DNA of 64,000 nucleotides from assembly GCF_006345805.1 (NCBI RefSeq), contig NC_042997.1, positions 26,660,001 to 26,724,000 on the forward strand, read 5' to 3'. A model generated the notes under the pieces. It worked only from the letters and a program-made list of their open reading frames with translations, searched no databases and was not told where the DNA came from. Each line of letters opens with the position of its first letter. The first letter of the stretch is position 1. The position numbers were made by a program, and so were the translations under genes. Origin of the DNA: Octopus sinensis. Its lineage: Eukaryota. This document shows, one piece after another, positions 1 through 13,145 of the stretch.

Positions 1-216
1 CAAACCAATTTTTATGACAACATCAAATGGCGAATAGTTTAATTTCCAATGAAAGAAAATCAAAGAATATAAACTTTTCTATACATCTTTTCATTCACCA
101 TCGCTTAATTATGGTAAACATTTATTTATCTCTCTTCTATCGACACAAGGTCTGAAAATTTCGGGGATCTTTTTCTGTTGCTTCTGAAGAAGGTATTTCT
201 GCAATCCTATGGTGGA

Positions 217-248
<32 letters not shown>

Positions 249-280
249 TACTCTACTACTACTACTACTACTACTTATGA

Positions 281-317
<37 letters not shown>

Positions 318-318
318 T
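217..318. repeat. (TAC)n/(TAT)n microsatellite
   Basis: Direct tandem trinucleotide runs. Confidence 0.95.
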
Positions 319-319
319 T

Positions 320-530
320 TAAGGCGGCGAGCTGGCAGAGAAACGTTAGCACGCCGGGCGAAATGCGTAGCCGTATTCGTCTGCCGTTACATTCTGAGTT
401 CAAATTCGCCGAGGTTGACTTGCCTTTCATCCTTCGGAGTCGATGAAATAAGTACCAGTTACGCACTGATGTTTATGTAATCGACTAGTGCCCTTCCTCG
501 CCATTTCAAGCCTTGTGCCTATAGTAGAAA
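320..530 (+). mobile_element. tRNA-derived SINE, family R (head taaggcggcgagctggcagaa)
   Basis: Head, core aaattc(c)gccgaggt(c)gact(t)tgcctttcatcct..gtcgat..aataagtaccag and tail gccttgtgcctatagtagaaa followed by (TTA)n. Homologous to many copies in this window. Confidence 0.85.
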
Positions 531-559
531 TTATTATTATATTATTATTATTATTATTG

Positions 560-795
560 AGTGAGAGCAGTGCATGCCATCAAAGTGACACTGGGGGGTA
601 AAATATACGAAGCCCAATATACCCATCATGACTACCCGTCGTGATAAAGGTACACCAGGCACATGCATCACAACCATATGTGCGCGACATGGTGATCTCA
701 CATCAAGATAAACAGACAATGACCTTGCAGAGTGGGGGCCAGTTAGAATTTCTCAAGGTGAGTAGCCCATCCCGCTCAAAAGGTCCCTGAAATAA
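560..795 (-). mobile_element. probable LINE 3' UTR remnant ending in an (AAT)n tail, cut by the gap
   Basis: Non-simple GC-richer segment abutting a (TAA)n tail on the minus strand. Family not identified. Confidence 0.35.
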
Positions 796-895
796 NNNNN
801 NNNNNNNNNNNNNNNNNNNNNNNNNNNNNNNNNNNNNNNNNNNNNNNNNNNNNNNNNNNNNNNNNNNNNNNNNNNNNNNNNNNNNNNNNNNNNNN
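796..895. other. assembly gap (100 N)
   Basis: Run of N. Confidence 1.
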
Positions 896-954
896 TACTC
901 CGGATACGTGTGGCAATTGTATACACTCACACGCAAATACACCTGTTTACACGT

Positions 955-1363
955 ACTCTTTACTCTTTTACTCTTTTACTTGTTTCAGTCATTTGACTGC
1001 GGCCATGCTGGAGCACCGCCTTTAGTCGAGCAACTCGACCCCCGGGACTTATTCTTTTGTAAGCCTAGTACTTATTCTATCAGTCTCTTTTGCCGAACCG
1101 CTAAGAAACGGGGACGTAAACACACCAGCATCAGTTGTCAAGCAATGCTAGGGGGGACAAACACAGACACACAAACATAGACACGCATACATATATATAC
1201 ATATATACGACGGGCTTCTTTCAGTTTCCGTCTACCAAATCCACTCACAAGGCATTGGTCGGCCCAAGGCTATAGTAGAAGACATTTGCCCAAGGTGCCA
1301 CGCAGTGGACTGAACCCGGAACCATGTGGTTGGAAAACAAGCTACTTACCACACAGCCACGCC
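955..1363 (-). mobile_element. SINE family A (~410 bp, possibly octopus OK-type)
   Basis: Reverse complement of the copies at 1587, 16848, 41635 and 43408; (AAAAGAGT)n tail and internal (TA/TG) spacer. Confidence 0.9.
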
Positions 1364-1586
1364 ACGTGTTGATGCTATTGATAGTTTTGTTGATAGTTTA
1401 TTTTAAATGCTGCTATTTAGACCAAAACCTCGAGGAATGTATCTAAGAGTTTCGATACTTCATAGAACTGGTAACAGACAGAACGACAAAAGATCGTTTG
1501 AAAATACGGCCGAACTGTCAACAGATAAGGCATATTAATAAAATGAGATCATAAAATGATGAAAGGCAAATTAAAAAAAAAAAAAA

Positions 1587-1998
1587 GGATGTGTGGTAAG
1601 TAGCTTGCTAACCAACCACATGGTTCCGGGTTCAGTCCCACTGCGTGGCACTTTGGACAAGTGCCTTCTGCTATAGCCCAGGGCCGACCAATGCCTTGTG
1701 AGTGGATTTGGTAGACGGAAACTGAAAGAAGCCTGTCGTATATATAATATAATATATATATAATAATATATATATGCGTGTGTGTGTTTGTGTGTCCGTG
1801 TTGTCCCCCTAGCATTGCTTGACAACCGATGCTGGTGTGTTTACGTCCCCGTCACTTAGCGGTTCGGCAAAAAGAGACCGATAGAATAAGTACTGGGCTT
1901 ACAAAGAATAAGTCCCCGGGGTCGATTTGCTCGACTAAAAGGCGGTGCTCCAGCATGGCCGCAGTCAAATGACTGAAACAAATAAAAGAGTAAAAGAG
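1587..1998 (+). mobile_element. SINE family A
   Basis: gtgtggtaagtagcttgc head through gactgaaaca..taaaagagtaaaagag tail. Confidence 0.9.
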
Positions 1999-2135
1999 AG
2001 TATGGTGATAGAAAATAATAACCAACTTGTTATGTTTCAAGTTGTGTATATACCTCATCATTATAATCAAAAGATTTTTGTCTAAGCTCTGGCGAACTAG
2101 ATATCCTACGTATATTCGGAACATCTAATCACCAC

Positions 2136-2330
2136 CCTCCCATCCATCCACCTGTCCTTCCTTCCTTCCTTCCATCCATCCATCCATCCATCCGTCCGTC
2201 CATCCGTCCGTCCGTCCGTCCGTCCATCAACCCATCCAGTCTTTCATCTGTCAGTCCATTCATCCATTGATTCATCTAGCCAGCAAGCCAGCCATCCCTC
2301 TATTCCTCCGTCCGTCCGTCTATCTATCTA

Positions 2331-2386
<56 letters not shown>

Positions 2387-2393
2387 CATCCAT

Positions 2394-2442
<49 letters not shown>

Positions 2443-2447
2443 CATCC

Positions 2448-2517
<70 letters not shown>

Positions 2518-2702
2518 CATTCTATCTAATCTATCTATCTTCTATCTATCTATCTATCTATCTATCCATCATTTATCTATCTAGCTACTATCATCTATTC
2601 TATCTATCTATATCTATCATCTATCTATTATCTATCTAATCTATCTATCTATCTATCTATCTATACTATCTATCTATCTATCTATCCATCCATTTATCTA
2701 TC

Positions 2703-2762
<60 letters not shown>
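2136..2762. repeat. (TCCA/TCCG)n grading into a long (TATC)n satellite
   Basis: Direct tetranucleotide arrays. Confidence 0.95.
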
Positions 2763-2763
<1 letters not shown>

Positions 2764-2979
2764 CCAATCTCTTCTCTCTCTCTCTTTATTTATTATTTAT
2801 TAAAAAAATTTTTTTTTGTTCTTTTCTTCCCTTTTACGATCCCATCTTGATCGAAAACCTACGCCACCCACCTTTTTTTCTGTTTCTTTTGTTTTTTGTT
2901 TTTTTCATCCCCCAAAAGAAAAGCTCTACCTTGTAACTTGTCCCATCTGCGTGCAGCCCTGTGTGGCCAATAAAGAAAC

Positions 2980-2980
<1 letters not shown>

Positions 2981-3044
<64 letters not shown>

Positions 3045-3119
3045 CCTACCTCTCTACCTGTCTATCTGTCTATATATCTATCTATCTATCTATTATCTAT
3101 CAATCTGTCTATCTATCTA

Positions 3120-3199
<80 letters not shown>

Positions 3200-3212
3200 C
3201 CTCTCTATCTAT
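2981..3212. repeat. (TATC)n microsatellite
   Basis: Direct tetranucleotide array. Confidence 0.95.
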
Positions 3213-3654
3213 CCACCAGCCTGTGTGTCGATTCATCTATCCCAGCATTTTATTCGTCCACTCTTTCCCTCTACCAAGCTGGCCCATCGTCTCTTCCACC
3301 CATCCATCAGTCTGTCCTTTATCACACTGGAGTCAAACTCGAGTGTCTTACGTAAGTGCTCCGCCTTTTCACTTACCTGTTTGAAACAAAGCAGGAAAGA
3401 GAGAAGGAAAGAAAAAGAAAGACACCGAAAAGGAAAAAAAAAAGCAAAAGGAAAGAAGCGACGAAATTAAGAAAGAAAAAGAAGAACAGAACTAAGCTGA
3501 TGGGGGAAAAAAATAGACAAGTGAGGTCCATACCAAACACATTTCTGTTAGAAATTAGTTTGCCTTTATTAGAGAACCCTCGGCTATTTATTTTCTATCT
3601 GTCTTTCTGTCAGTCCAGCTGATAATTCTTCTATCCCTCACGCTATATACAACG

Positions 3655-4115
3655 TACACATAAACACACACACTCCCTCAGACACACACACACACAAACA
3701 CATACACACACACGCACACACACAAACACATATACACACACTCTCACACACACACACAAACACATACACACACACGCACACACACAAACACATATACACA
3801 CACTCTCACACACACACACAAACACATACACACACTCTCTCACACACACACACAAACACATACAACCTCTCTCACCCTCACACACACACACAAACACATA
3901 CACACACACACTCTCACACACACACACAAACACATACACATACACTCCCACACACACACAAACACATACACACACACACACACTCTCACACACACACACA
4001 AACATACACACACAGACACACACACTCTCTCTCTCTCACACACAAACACATACACACACTCTCTCACACACACACACATACACACACACAAACACAACAC
4101 ACACACACACACTCT

Positions 4116-4147
<32 letters not shown>

Positions 4148-4230
4148 AACATTACACACTCTCTCACACACACACACACAAACACATTCACACACGCGCG
4201 CGCATACATACCCGCACACACACACATATA
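3655..4230. repeat. CA-rich minisatellite with ~30-40 bp higher-order unit
   Basis: Recurrent unit (ca)n-aacacatacacaca-ctct. Confidence 0.9.
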
Positions 4231-5083
4231 AGCGCATGTATACAAATCTTTACCCCGTTCTCATTATGTGTATCTAACGGTCTGCCCATCAATCTATATC
4301 TTTTTATGTACCTGGGTAGTGTTTTGTATTATGCTATCTTAACGATCTTATCGTGTGTTTATCATTAAAGACACGCGAGCACATCCCATACAAGAAGACA
4401 CGCGTGAGCTGTCTACCTAATGGACAGATTGGCTGAAAACAGCAGTCAAAGTACCCTGCTATTATATTCTGCAATCATTTTTCTCTCCGTGTTTTCTTTT
4501 TTTTTTTTCTTTTAAGGACACATTGTTGTGTCTTGGATACATTATTTCTGTGAATAAAAGGAGTTGGGCACGGTTGGAGGACTTTTGATTTACTGGTCTG
4601 CGTAATTAGATTTGACACAATGCTAATATTGCAACAGATAAAGAGAAAGAGAGAAAGGAGGGAGGGAGAGAGAGAGGGAGAGAGAGAGAGCAAAGAAGTG
4701 AGAAAGAGAGAGAGAGACGGAAGGAGGCAGTAATATAAGGGTGAGGGAGTGGGAGGGGGAGAGAAAGAACGGGAAGGAAGAAAATATTCACTTATACAGA
4801 GAACTTAATTATACATACATACGTACATACATACGTACATACATATATGCATACATAAATAATACATATACAAGCACACACACACATATATATATATATA
4901 TATACATATATAAACCTTTCTAACACAGAGCAAAACAAAACAAACAACGGTGCTGCGAGACATTCCTCCGTTCGGCTCTGATATCAACATATGTACAGGT
5001 GCTATTTGATATACTTTCATTAACTTATAGATTATAATTGATTGATAAAAAGGAAAAAAAACTCAAAAATAAATAATACTTAC

Positions 5084-5137
5084 ATGAAGCTATCGGGATA
5101 AAAGTTTCAATATGTAAATAAATATACAAGCGCTTCA
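5084..5137 (-). CDS. candidate 54-nt internal exon (xKRLYIYLHIETFIPIAS, phase 1-1)
   Basis: Minus-strand acceptor tatatttatAG and donor GTAAGT; length divisible by 3; only one frame is open. No homology recognised. Confidence 0.25.
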
Positions 5138-6202
5138 CTATAAATATAACGTAATGAGATATTTATTTTTTTGGAAAGATACGGGATGAAAGAAAGAGAG
5201 AAAATAAAAATTAAAGAAACAGAGAGAAAAGGAAAAATAAATATGAAAGTCTGAAATGAAAGAAAAGAGAAGTCGTAATAACAACAACGACATCAATAGC
5301 AAAAATACTGTCGGTAACAAGTGATATTGTGAAGGAAAACGGCTCGCCTGCTTGTCTCGCAGCAAACTGTCATCAGTATGGGAGAAGTGAAAAATACACG
5401 GCGACTGTAACAACAACAACAACAACAACAACAACAGCATCAACAATAACAGATCGATAAACGAAATCGATATTACCAACGAGTTAACAGGGTAACTTCT
5501 TGCTTATTACGATCGCCGAAGTTGTTAGAAGTAACAGCTGAAAATCTCCCTCAAAATCACACCCGACACGTCTTAAATATAGGAAAATGCATTGGATGAA
5601 GTTTTTCTCGTTGGTATACGGAAGGGCGTGATGATCACGGATGGAACGAACGGCTTGAATCATAGGTGTGCTCAATCAGGGCTGACCTGGGTGTCTACTT
5701 CAACAAAAAAAACACTAATATATAACTATAAAGATAACAGTAAAAAATAACTACACAAAAAATACACAATATACGGGGAAGTTATTATGCACAGATAGAA
5801 AAATGATATAAAAAAAATGATAAATGAAAAATAAAAGCTACAAAAATTCCCTAAAGAAAAACAAAAATAATGATACTGATGTGTGCCCAGAAAACAGACG
5901 GAAGTTAAAAAGAAACAAAGCAAAAAAAAAAAACAAACAAAAAAAGAGGAAATAAAGAATAGTGTGAGGGTGAGAAAGAGGAGAAATTGAAAGGAAGGGA
6001 GAAGGGAAAACTAGTTATATATACAAGTGTTGATAAGTACACGTCTTAATATAACTGCTGTCTTCTTTACGTGTTGTGATGGTCAGATTTATTACAGGTA
6101 GGTAACTTTAGTTTATATGTTTTCTTCCAGGATTTTATTGTTTCTTTATCTCCTGTTTTTCTATTTCTCTTCTTCATAGGTGCGTACTTGTATGCATACA
6201 TG

Positions 6203-6233
<31 letters not shown>

Positions 6234-6242
6234 ATGTGTGTT

Positions 6243-6283
<41 letters not shown>

Positions 6284-6345
6284 ATGTGTGTTATTTAATA
6301 TATATATATATATATATATGTGTTGTGTGTATGTGTGTTTATGTA

Positions 6346-6394
<49 letters not shown>

Positions 6395-6479
6395 ATATGC
6401 GTATACATCCTTGTACTGGCATACACATGTTATATATATAGCATATATATATGTGTGTATATATATTATATATACACAC

Positions 6480-6754
6480 ACACAAGCACACAAATTTATA
6501 ATATATAAAGTACATCATTATATATATAATATATAGAGTACATCATTATATATATATATACATACAAATATATATATATATATAGCATAAATTATAACAT
6601 ACATCATACATGAACACACTCACAAATTTATAATATATAAGTAAATATACATTCTATAATATAATATATATATATATATATAATTATACATAAATATATA
6701 CATACATTCATACATGAACACACTCACAATTATTAATATATAAGTAAATATACA

Positions 6755-6788
<34 letters not shown>

Positions 6789-6990
6789 ACATTCAAATAT
6801 ATATACATGCACACACTCACAAATTTATAATATATAAATAAATATACATTCTATATATATATCTTATATATATCTATATATACACATAAATATATATACA
6901 TACATACATGCATACACTCACAAATTTATAATATATAAATAAATATACATTCTATATATATATATATAAGATATATTTATATATTTATAT
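6480..6990. repeat. compound ~100-bp minisatellite (cactcacaaatttataatatataa.taaatatacattcta + variable (TA)n), 4-5 units
   Basis: Unit recurs near 6484, 6615, 6720, 6813 and 6913. Confidence 0.85.
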
Positions 6991-7190
6991 GGAAATATGA
7001 GGTCCGGTTTTTTCATATTTTACTAACCGTGTCTACGAAGTTTCACCCGGGTCTTTACCGTCTGCATGCAAGAATAGTTATAATGCTGATGATTCATTGT
7101 TTATATTTTAATGTAGTCTCTCATATGCAAACATACTTATATCTTTATACATTCAGGGAAAGCACACACACACACACGTGGGTGTGTACG

Positions 7191-7237
<47 letters not shown>

Positions 7238-7406
7238 GTACATTTATACATATACAAATATCTACATACGTATCGATATAAATATATATGCGTATTTATG
7301 TATACACATATGAATATTTATATTGTGAGTATATATATATAAATATATATATCTTTTATTTTTTACGTGTTTCAGTAATTAAACTGCGTCCATGCTGGAG
7401 CAGACC

Positions 7407-7502
<96 letters not shown>

Positions 7503-7612
7503 TTATCTATCTATCTAACTAACTAACTATGTATCTATCTATATATTTATCTCTCTCACCTCTCTCTCTCTAATAAATATTTTGTTGCCTTACCATTTTT
7601 ATCAAATGTATG

Positions 7613-7645
<33 letters not shown>

Positions 7646-8397
7646 ATATATATATATATATATATATAAATGTGAGTATGTCTATATATGTGCATACAAG
7701 AACGCATAAATTGTGTGTACATACCCACACACACATATATAATCACTCAAGTGCAAGACACATTTCTTAGAAGATTTTAAAATTTGAATCGTGATTATGA
7801 TATGTAGCATTAAGATTAAAGTGATGGTGATCAAAAAGCATACTGACAATGTCTGTCCATCTCAAATCAACATGACCCGAGATGCTTAGAAATAAAAGTT
7901 TTCTTCAAAATCTTTCGTGACGAAATGTCGGCAGAGATTTTGAATCGAAGGCCCATCAGCTGTTAGTTTAATATTTAATAATAGTCGATCATTTTATTTC
8001 TACACACAGACACACCACGCGCGCGCACCCAAACACACGTTGACTTGGAATATTTATACATTAATATGAACCAACAAGATTTTGTCTGTCTGTTCAATTG
8101 ACCTTTTCCGAAATAGCTCCAAAATCTTCGTGGAATCGTACATATATATAATGGAAGGTTTATTTGGATAATGTGGGCCAAGACTCACTATGTCTTGGAA
8201 ACTAATAAATGATTGGTCAGGAATGGAATGTCTTTGGTTTTCCGTGTACACAATGAGGGTTGACCTGTGGCTAAACAGCATCAAGAACATCAACAATATT
8301 ACGAAGAATGAGTCTAATCACACGTTGTACTTTACGTTTCTATGTATTCATATCACTCAGTGATTACGTCTGTATAATCATATTGATACATACCTGC

Positions 8398-8441
<44 letters not shown>

Positions 8442-8827
8442 CTATCTATCTATCTATCTATCTGTTTGTTTATGTGTATAATGTGCTATGTTCGCGTTTA
8501 ATTTTTGGCTGTTTTCTTTGTCTTAGCCTAAGGAAAAAGGGCAGCACCCAAGAGCCTTTTAAGGGCTTCCGTCGCTATGTATAAGAATTTTTGTATGTGT
8601 GTGTGTGTGTCTGAATCTGTGTATGTGCGTGTGCATGTGCTACTGAGCCTATGCGTTTGTTAGCCAGTTTGTGTTCGTGTGTGTGTGTGTAACTGCGTGT
8701 CACAAAGGTCAAATTTATATCGTTATGTTAACAATCCTAACGCCGTGAGGTGTTGTTGTTCTATGCAAGAACATACTCACCTCCTGGTATTGAATACCAT
8801 GTGTTGGACGTGAGAGTTAACGTGGAC

Positions 8828-9258
8828 TTAATATCGGTTTCAAATTTTGGCAGAAGGCCAGCAATTTTGCGGGAGGGTGTAAGTCGATCACAAGGACCCT
8901 AGTGTTCAACTGGTACGAATTTTATTGACCCCCAAAGGGTAAAGTCAGCGTTGCTGGCATTTGAACTCAGAATATAAACCAGAAGAAATGTCGCTCAGTA
9001 TTTTCCCCCGGTGTACTAACCATTCTGCCTGCTCACCGCCTATAAAGGGTTTTCTACTATAGACGCGAAACCTGAAAATTTCAGAGTGGGCTAGTCGTCT
9101 ATATCGACTCAATTGCTGGACACGTACTTTATTTTATCGACTCAGAATGAATAAAAGACAATGCCGACCCTGGCAGCATTTGATCTCACAACGTAGGAAT
9201 AAATGTCATAAAGCAATTTCCCCCGATGTGCAGATGACTCTGCCAGCTCGTCACCTTA
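8828..9258 (-). mobile_element. two adjacent diverged family R SINEs
   Basis: Each shows the tail, the core (ttgaactcag / tttgatctcac) and a head ending ..gccttA in reverse orientation. Confidence 0.7.
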
Positions 9259-11129
9259 CGTAGTATTAATATTGATGCATATGATACGAGAGCTTTGACA
9301 TAAAGAGAGCTGTCACTTCCTTTCTCTGCTCTCCTATTACTACACCAACGGCGTCTACTTGTTTGAATTAGCTAAGTGCATACCACACGTCACAGCACAT
9401 AAAGCACTAGTTACCCTCCCCATTTTGTCACCTGTACGGTGTCTAAGCATCGATATCCCGCAGTAATCAGATCATTCACTCATTGTAATACACGACTGTC
9501 ATCTCATTAGAAACTCTTCCTTGTCCCGGGCTCAGCTCTGACTAAATTGCACAGACTTATTAGTGACGTTCCAACCTCTTGCCAATTTTGTCTTTGTGTC
9601 TAGATTGTCATGGTATTTTTTCTTTCCTAAGACTGTATTTTACTATTTGAAATAACACAGTTGCTATTCTTAGCAAGACTAGCGACTGCGTATCTGATGT
9701 TCCCTCGTTGGGACAGATGCCTTCAGCCACGTTTTTCAGGCAAACTTGTAGTAGTTGAAACATGAGCATAAATTCTATCGATCTCACGTGTCTCGGAGGT
9801 CCCGTGAAGGTCATAGAAGCATTGTCCCCTCCTACTTCTTAAATAAACCATACAAAGCAACAACAAATAAAATCTCTTTGGTTCTCCTGTACAGACCGAA
9901 GTATCGGGACCACAGCATTTTCATTTATTCAACGAAAATGACAGCAGACAATAGGAAAAGAGCTGAATGGATCTCAGTCACTTTCGAAGATGATAGTTCA
10001 GGTCTTCTATCTACTCAATTGATTATTCATTGAATTAGTTGTTAATGGGAGATTTGAGTTTTCTACAACAAAGTAATTTTAAAACAGGACAACAAGAGTA
10101 AACTTCTGAATTAATGGTACAATGAATCCGATGGCCTTTTCATCTACGGAATTACACCACAAGACTTGGGTCAGTTCGAGGTTATGATAAAAGGCATTTG
10201 CCTAAAATGGCACTCAGTAGGATCAAAATCAGAGCCCGATGATTGCGAAGCGAACCTCATCCCCATTCGGCAATGCTACAGCAACAAAGTGTCCGACACC
10301 AAACTTTAACTGATGTACAAAGAGAAGGTAGGTTGTCCAATACTTCAAACAGATACCCACATTTTATTTCTACTTCTACCCCAGAACAGTAGGCTGGTGT
10401 TAGGTTTTATCGACTCAACTCTTGTCCCAAGAATGATAAAGTTAAAGCTGACATGAACGGGAAATTGGTTCTTAGAGGAGATTGTAAAGTGCAGTAACTA
10501 AATATCGCAAGACATTTCCGCGTAATCATCATCATCGTTATCGTTGTCATCATCATCACCATCTTCCTCTTTATCATCATCATCGTAATCATCACCATTA
10601 CCATCAGCATTAACGTCGGTGTCATCATCACCATCATCAACAACAAACGATTGCTAATATAAGCACAAGACACATCGTTTGAAAGTAAAAGAACCTTTTA
10701 AATAGACACCTTTATCACTTGTGCTACACTTGTTACTTCAAGGAATACTTCGTTGCCATCGTCGTCGCCATCATCATCATCATCATCATCATCATCATAA
10801 TCATCATCACACCATAACTGGTGCCGGTTTCAGAAGGAATTTAAATTCTGGACGAGAACTCAAGGCAGTGAGGGAAATTCATCGATGGTTTACATGCTAG
10901 AAATAAATTAGTTTACTTCAGATAACACAATACCACCAAAAAAACAGAAAGCACTCGTTCAACTTTATAGTTCTAGGTATACAATAAGACAAGATGGCTA
11001 CGGTTACAATAGTCTTGATAAGAGATCCGTTCTCTTACGGCAGAAAGGCAGAAAACAAACAAGAATATCAACATCAACAAAACAAATTCTTTATAGAGTA
11101 AAAAACACCCTACCGAAATTCAAGACTTC

Positions 11130-11590
11130 TTCAAAGCCCTAAGATACTACACAACGCTATCTACTAACACTTAACAGTGCGTTGTCCTAGAATGGAGTGC
11201 AACTCCAACATTAGAGACGGTGCTATCTATTAAAAACACAGACATGCAGAGCAAGGCCATCTGACTTATTAGTATGAAATTGCTACTCAGCATGAACCTA
11301 CATTTGACCTACAGACATGGGTTTTCTCCTCTCTGTTCCTTTTACCATTACATACAGTAGTTCCTGTTCTTCGGGACAGGGTGATTGTGTACTACATTCA
11401 CTCAAGCACTTCCGACTCATTCCGCTTCTCTCTTCTCGTACTCTATGTTGTTTTCAATTTTTTCCTGGCTGCATAGTAGTCACTACACTCAGTCCCTTCT
11501 TTCACAGAATGTCGGCGTCAGAAAGTCTCCCCTCAGTATATGTTTTCCAGCAGACATTTTTACTTGCATCTGTTGAAAAGGAATCGTAAC
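11130..11590 (+). mobile_element. degenerate CR1/Jockey-group LINE, RT C-terminal region
   Basis: Broken frames read MECNSNIRDGA, DMQSKAI*LI, YRHGFSPLCSFYHY and SHYTQSLLSQ..CFPADI, echoing the MEYxSHIWxGA / DRxQxKAIRLI / FPAxxN motifs of such LINE 3' ends. Confidence 0.6.
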
Positions 11591-11768
11591 TGGTTCCGTC
11601 TTATCAGTCTGTGTGACCTCGCCAAAATCATGTGCACTGGCTTTCCTCAATAAATAGTAAATATACAAAATGAAAACACTAAAACCTCTGACGGAGTCAA
11701 CATGGAGCCTCTACGTCAGGGGTTTCTTACAAGAAATATTATCATAATCTATCTCAAATTAAAACCTA

Positions 11769-12363
11769 TTTCTTTACCACCCACAAGGGGCTAAACACAG
11801 AGGGGACGAACAAGAACAGACAAACGGATTAAGTCGATTATATCGACCACAGCGGTTACTGAGTACTATTTAATCGACCCGAAGGATGAAAGGCAAAGTC
11901 GACCTCGGTGGAATTTGAACTCAGAACGTAACGACAGACAAAATACATATCTTTATTACCACAAGGGGCTAAACACAGAGGGGACGAACAAGGACAGACA
12001 TAGGTATTAAGTCGATTATATCGACCCCAGTGCGTAACTGGTACTTATTTAATCGACCCCGAAAGGATGAAAGGCAAAATCGACCTCGGCGGAATTTGAA
12101 CTCAGAACGTAACGACAGACAAAATACCTATTTCTTTATTACCCACAAGGAGCTAAACACAGAGGGGGACAAACAAGGACAGACATAGGTATTAAGTCGA
12201 TTACATCGACCCCAGTGCGTAACTGGTACTTAACTTATCGACCCCGAAAGGATGAAAGGCAAAGTTGACCTCGGCGGAATTTGAACTCAGAACGTAACGA
12301 CAGACAAAATACCGCTAAGCACTTCGCCCGGCGTGCTAACGATTCTACCAGCTCGCCGCCTTA
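11769..12363 (-). mobile_element. family R SINE with one head and three tandem ~180-bp body+tail units
   Basis: Units start near 11764, 11944 and 12124; head at 12311-12363; 13-bp direct repeat aaattaaaaccta at 11756-11768 and 12367-12379. Confidence 0.9.
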
Positions 12364-12756
12364 TTAAAATTAAAACCTACGTGTAAGTAGCGTCCCCCTA
12401 TGTTAAGAGAGGGTACCCTGTACAGAGATTCCTCTGAAAATATTGAATGATGCTGGCTTAAACACCTTTAATTATAGGTCAGCTCAGTTAGAGTTGACCT
12501 GAGATGAAGCACAGATAACGATAATAACAACATTAACCACCAACACAACAACAACAATAACAATGACAACAATAATAGCTTTTCTGGGCAGCAATTTTGA
12601 TGGGAAGAGATTCGTATTTCACTGATAGTAAAGGATGAAAGACAAAGGTAATGCGACGCAATTTGAACTCAGACCTGAAGGACTTTAGAGAAATGTAGCT
12701 CAGCAATTTTTTTTGCCCGACACTTTAGCAATAACAAAAATAAAAAAAAACATCAT

Positions 12757-13145
12757 TCTCTTTTTCTCTTTTCTCTTTTACTTGTTTCAATCATTTGACT
12801 GCGGCCATGCTGGAGCACCACCTTTAATCGAGCAACTCGACCCCGGGACTTATTCTTTGTAAGCCCAGTACTTATTCTATCGGTCTCTTTTGCCGAACCG
12901 CTAAGTGACGGGGACGTAAACACACCAGCATCGGTTGTCAAGCGATGCTAGGGGGAAAACACAGACAACACACAAATATATATAATATATAAAACAGGCT
13001 TCTTCAGTTCCGTCTACCAAATCCACTCACAGGCATGGTCGGCCCGGGGCTTAGCAGAAGAACTTGCCAAGATGCCACACAGTGGGGATGAACCCGGAAC
13101 CATGTGGTTGGTTAGCAAGCTACTTACCACACGCCATCCTGCGCC
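12757..13145 (-). mobile_element. SINE family A
   Basis: Full-length reverse copy with many 1-bp deletions relative to sister copies. Confidence 0.9.

Noticed and set aside
7028-7061. 34-nt minus-strand segment with AG and GTTAGT boundaries
   Set aside because: Weak donor, ambiguous frame and no independent support.
8781-8826. Minus-strand STLTLTSNTWYSIPG ending at a GAG|GTGAGT donor
   Set aside because: The only upstream AG lies in a SINE tail without a pyrimidine tract.
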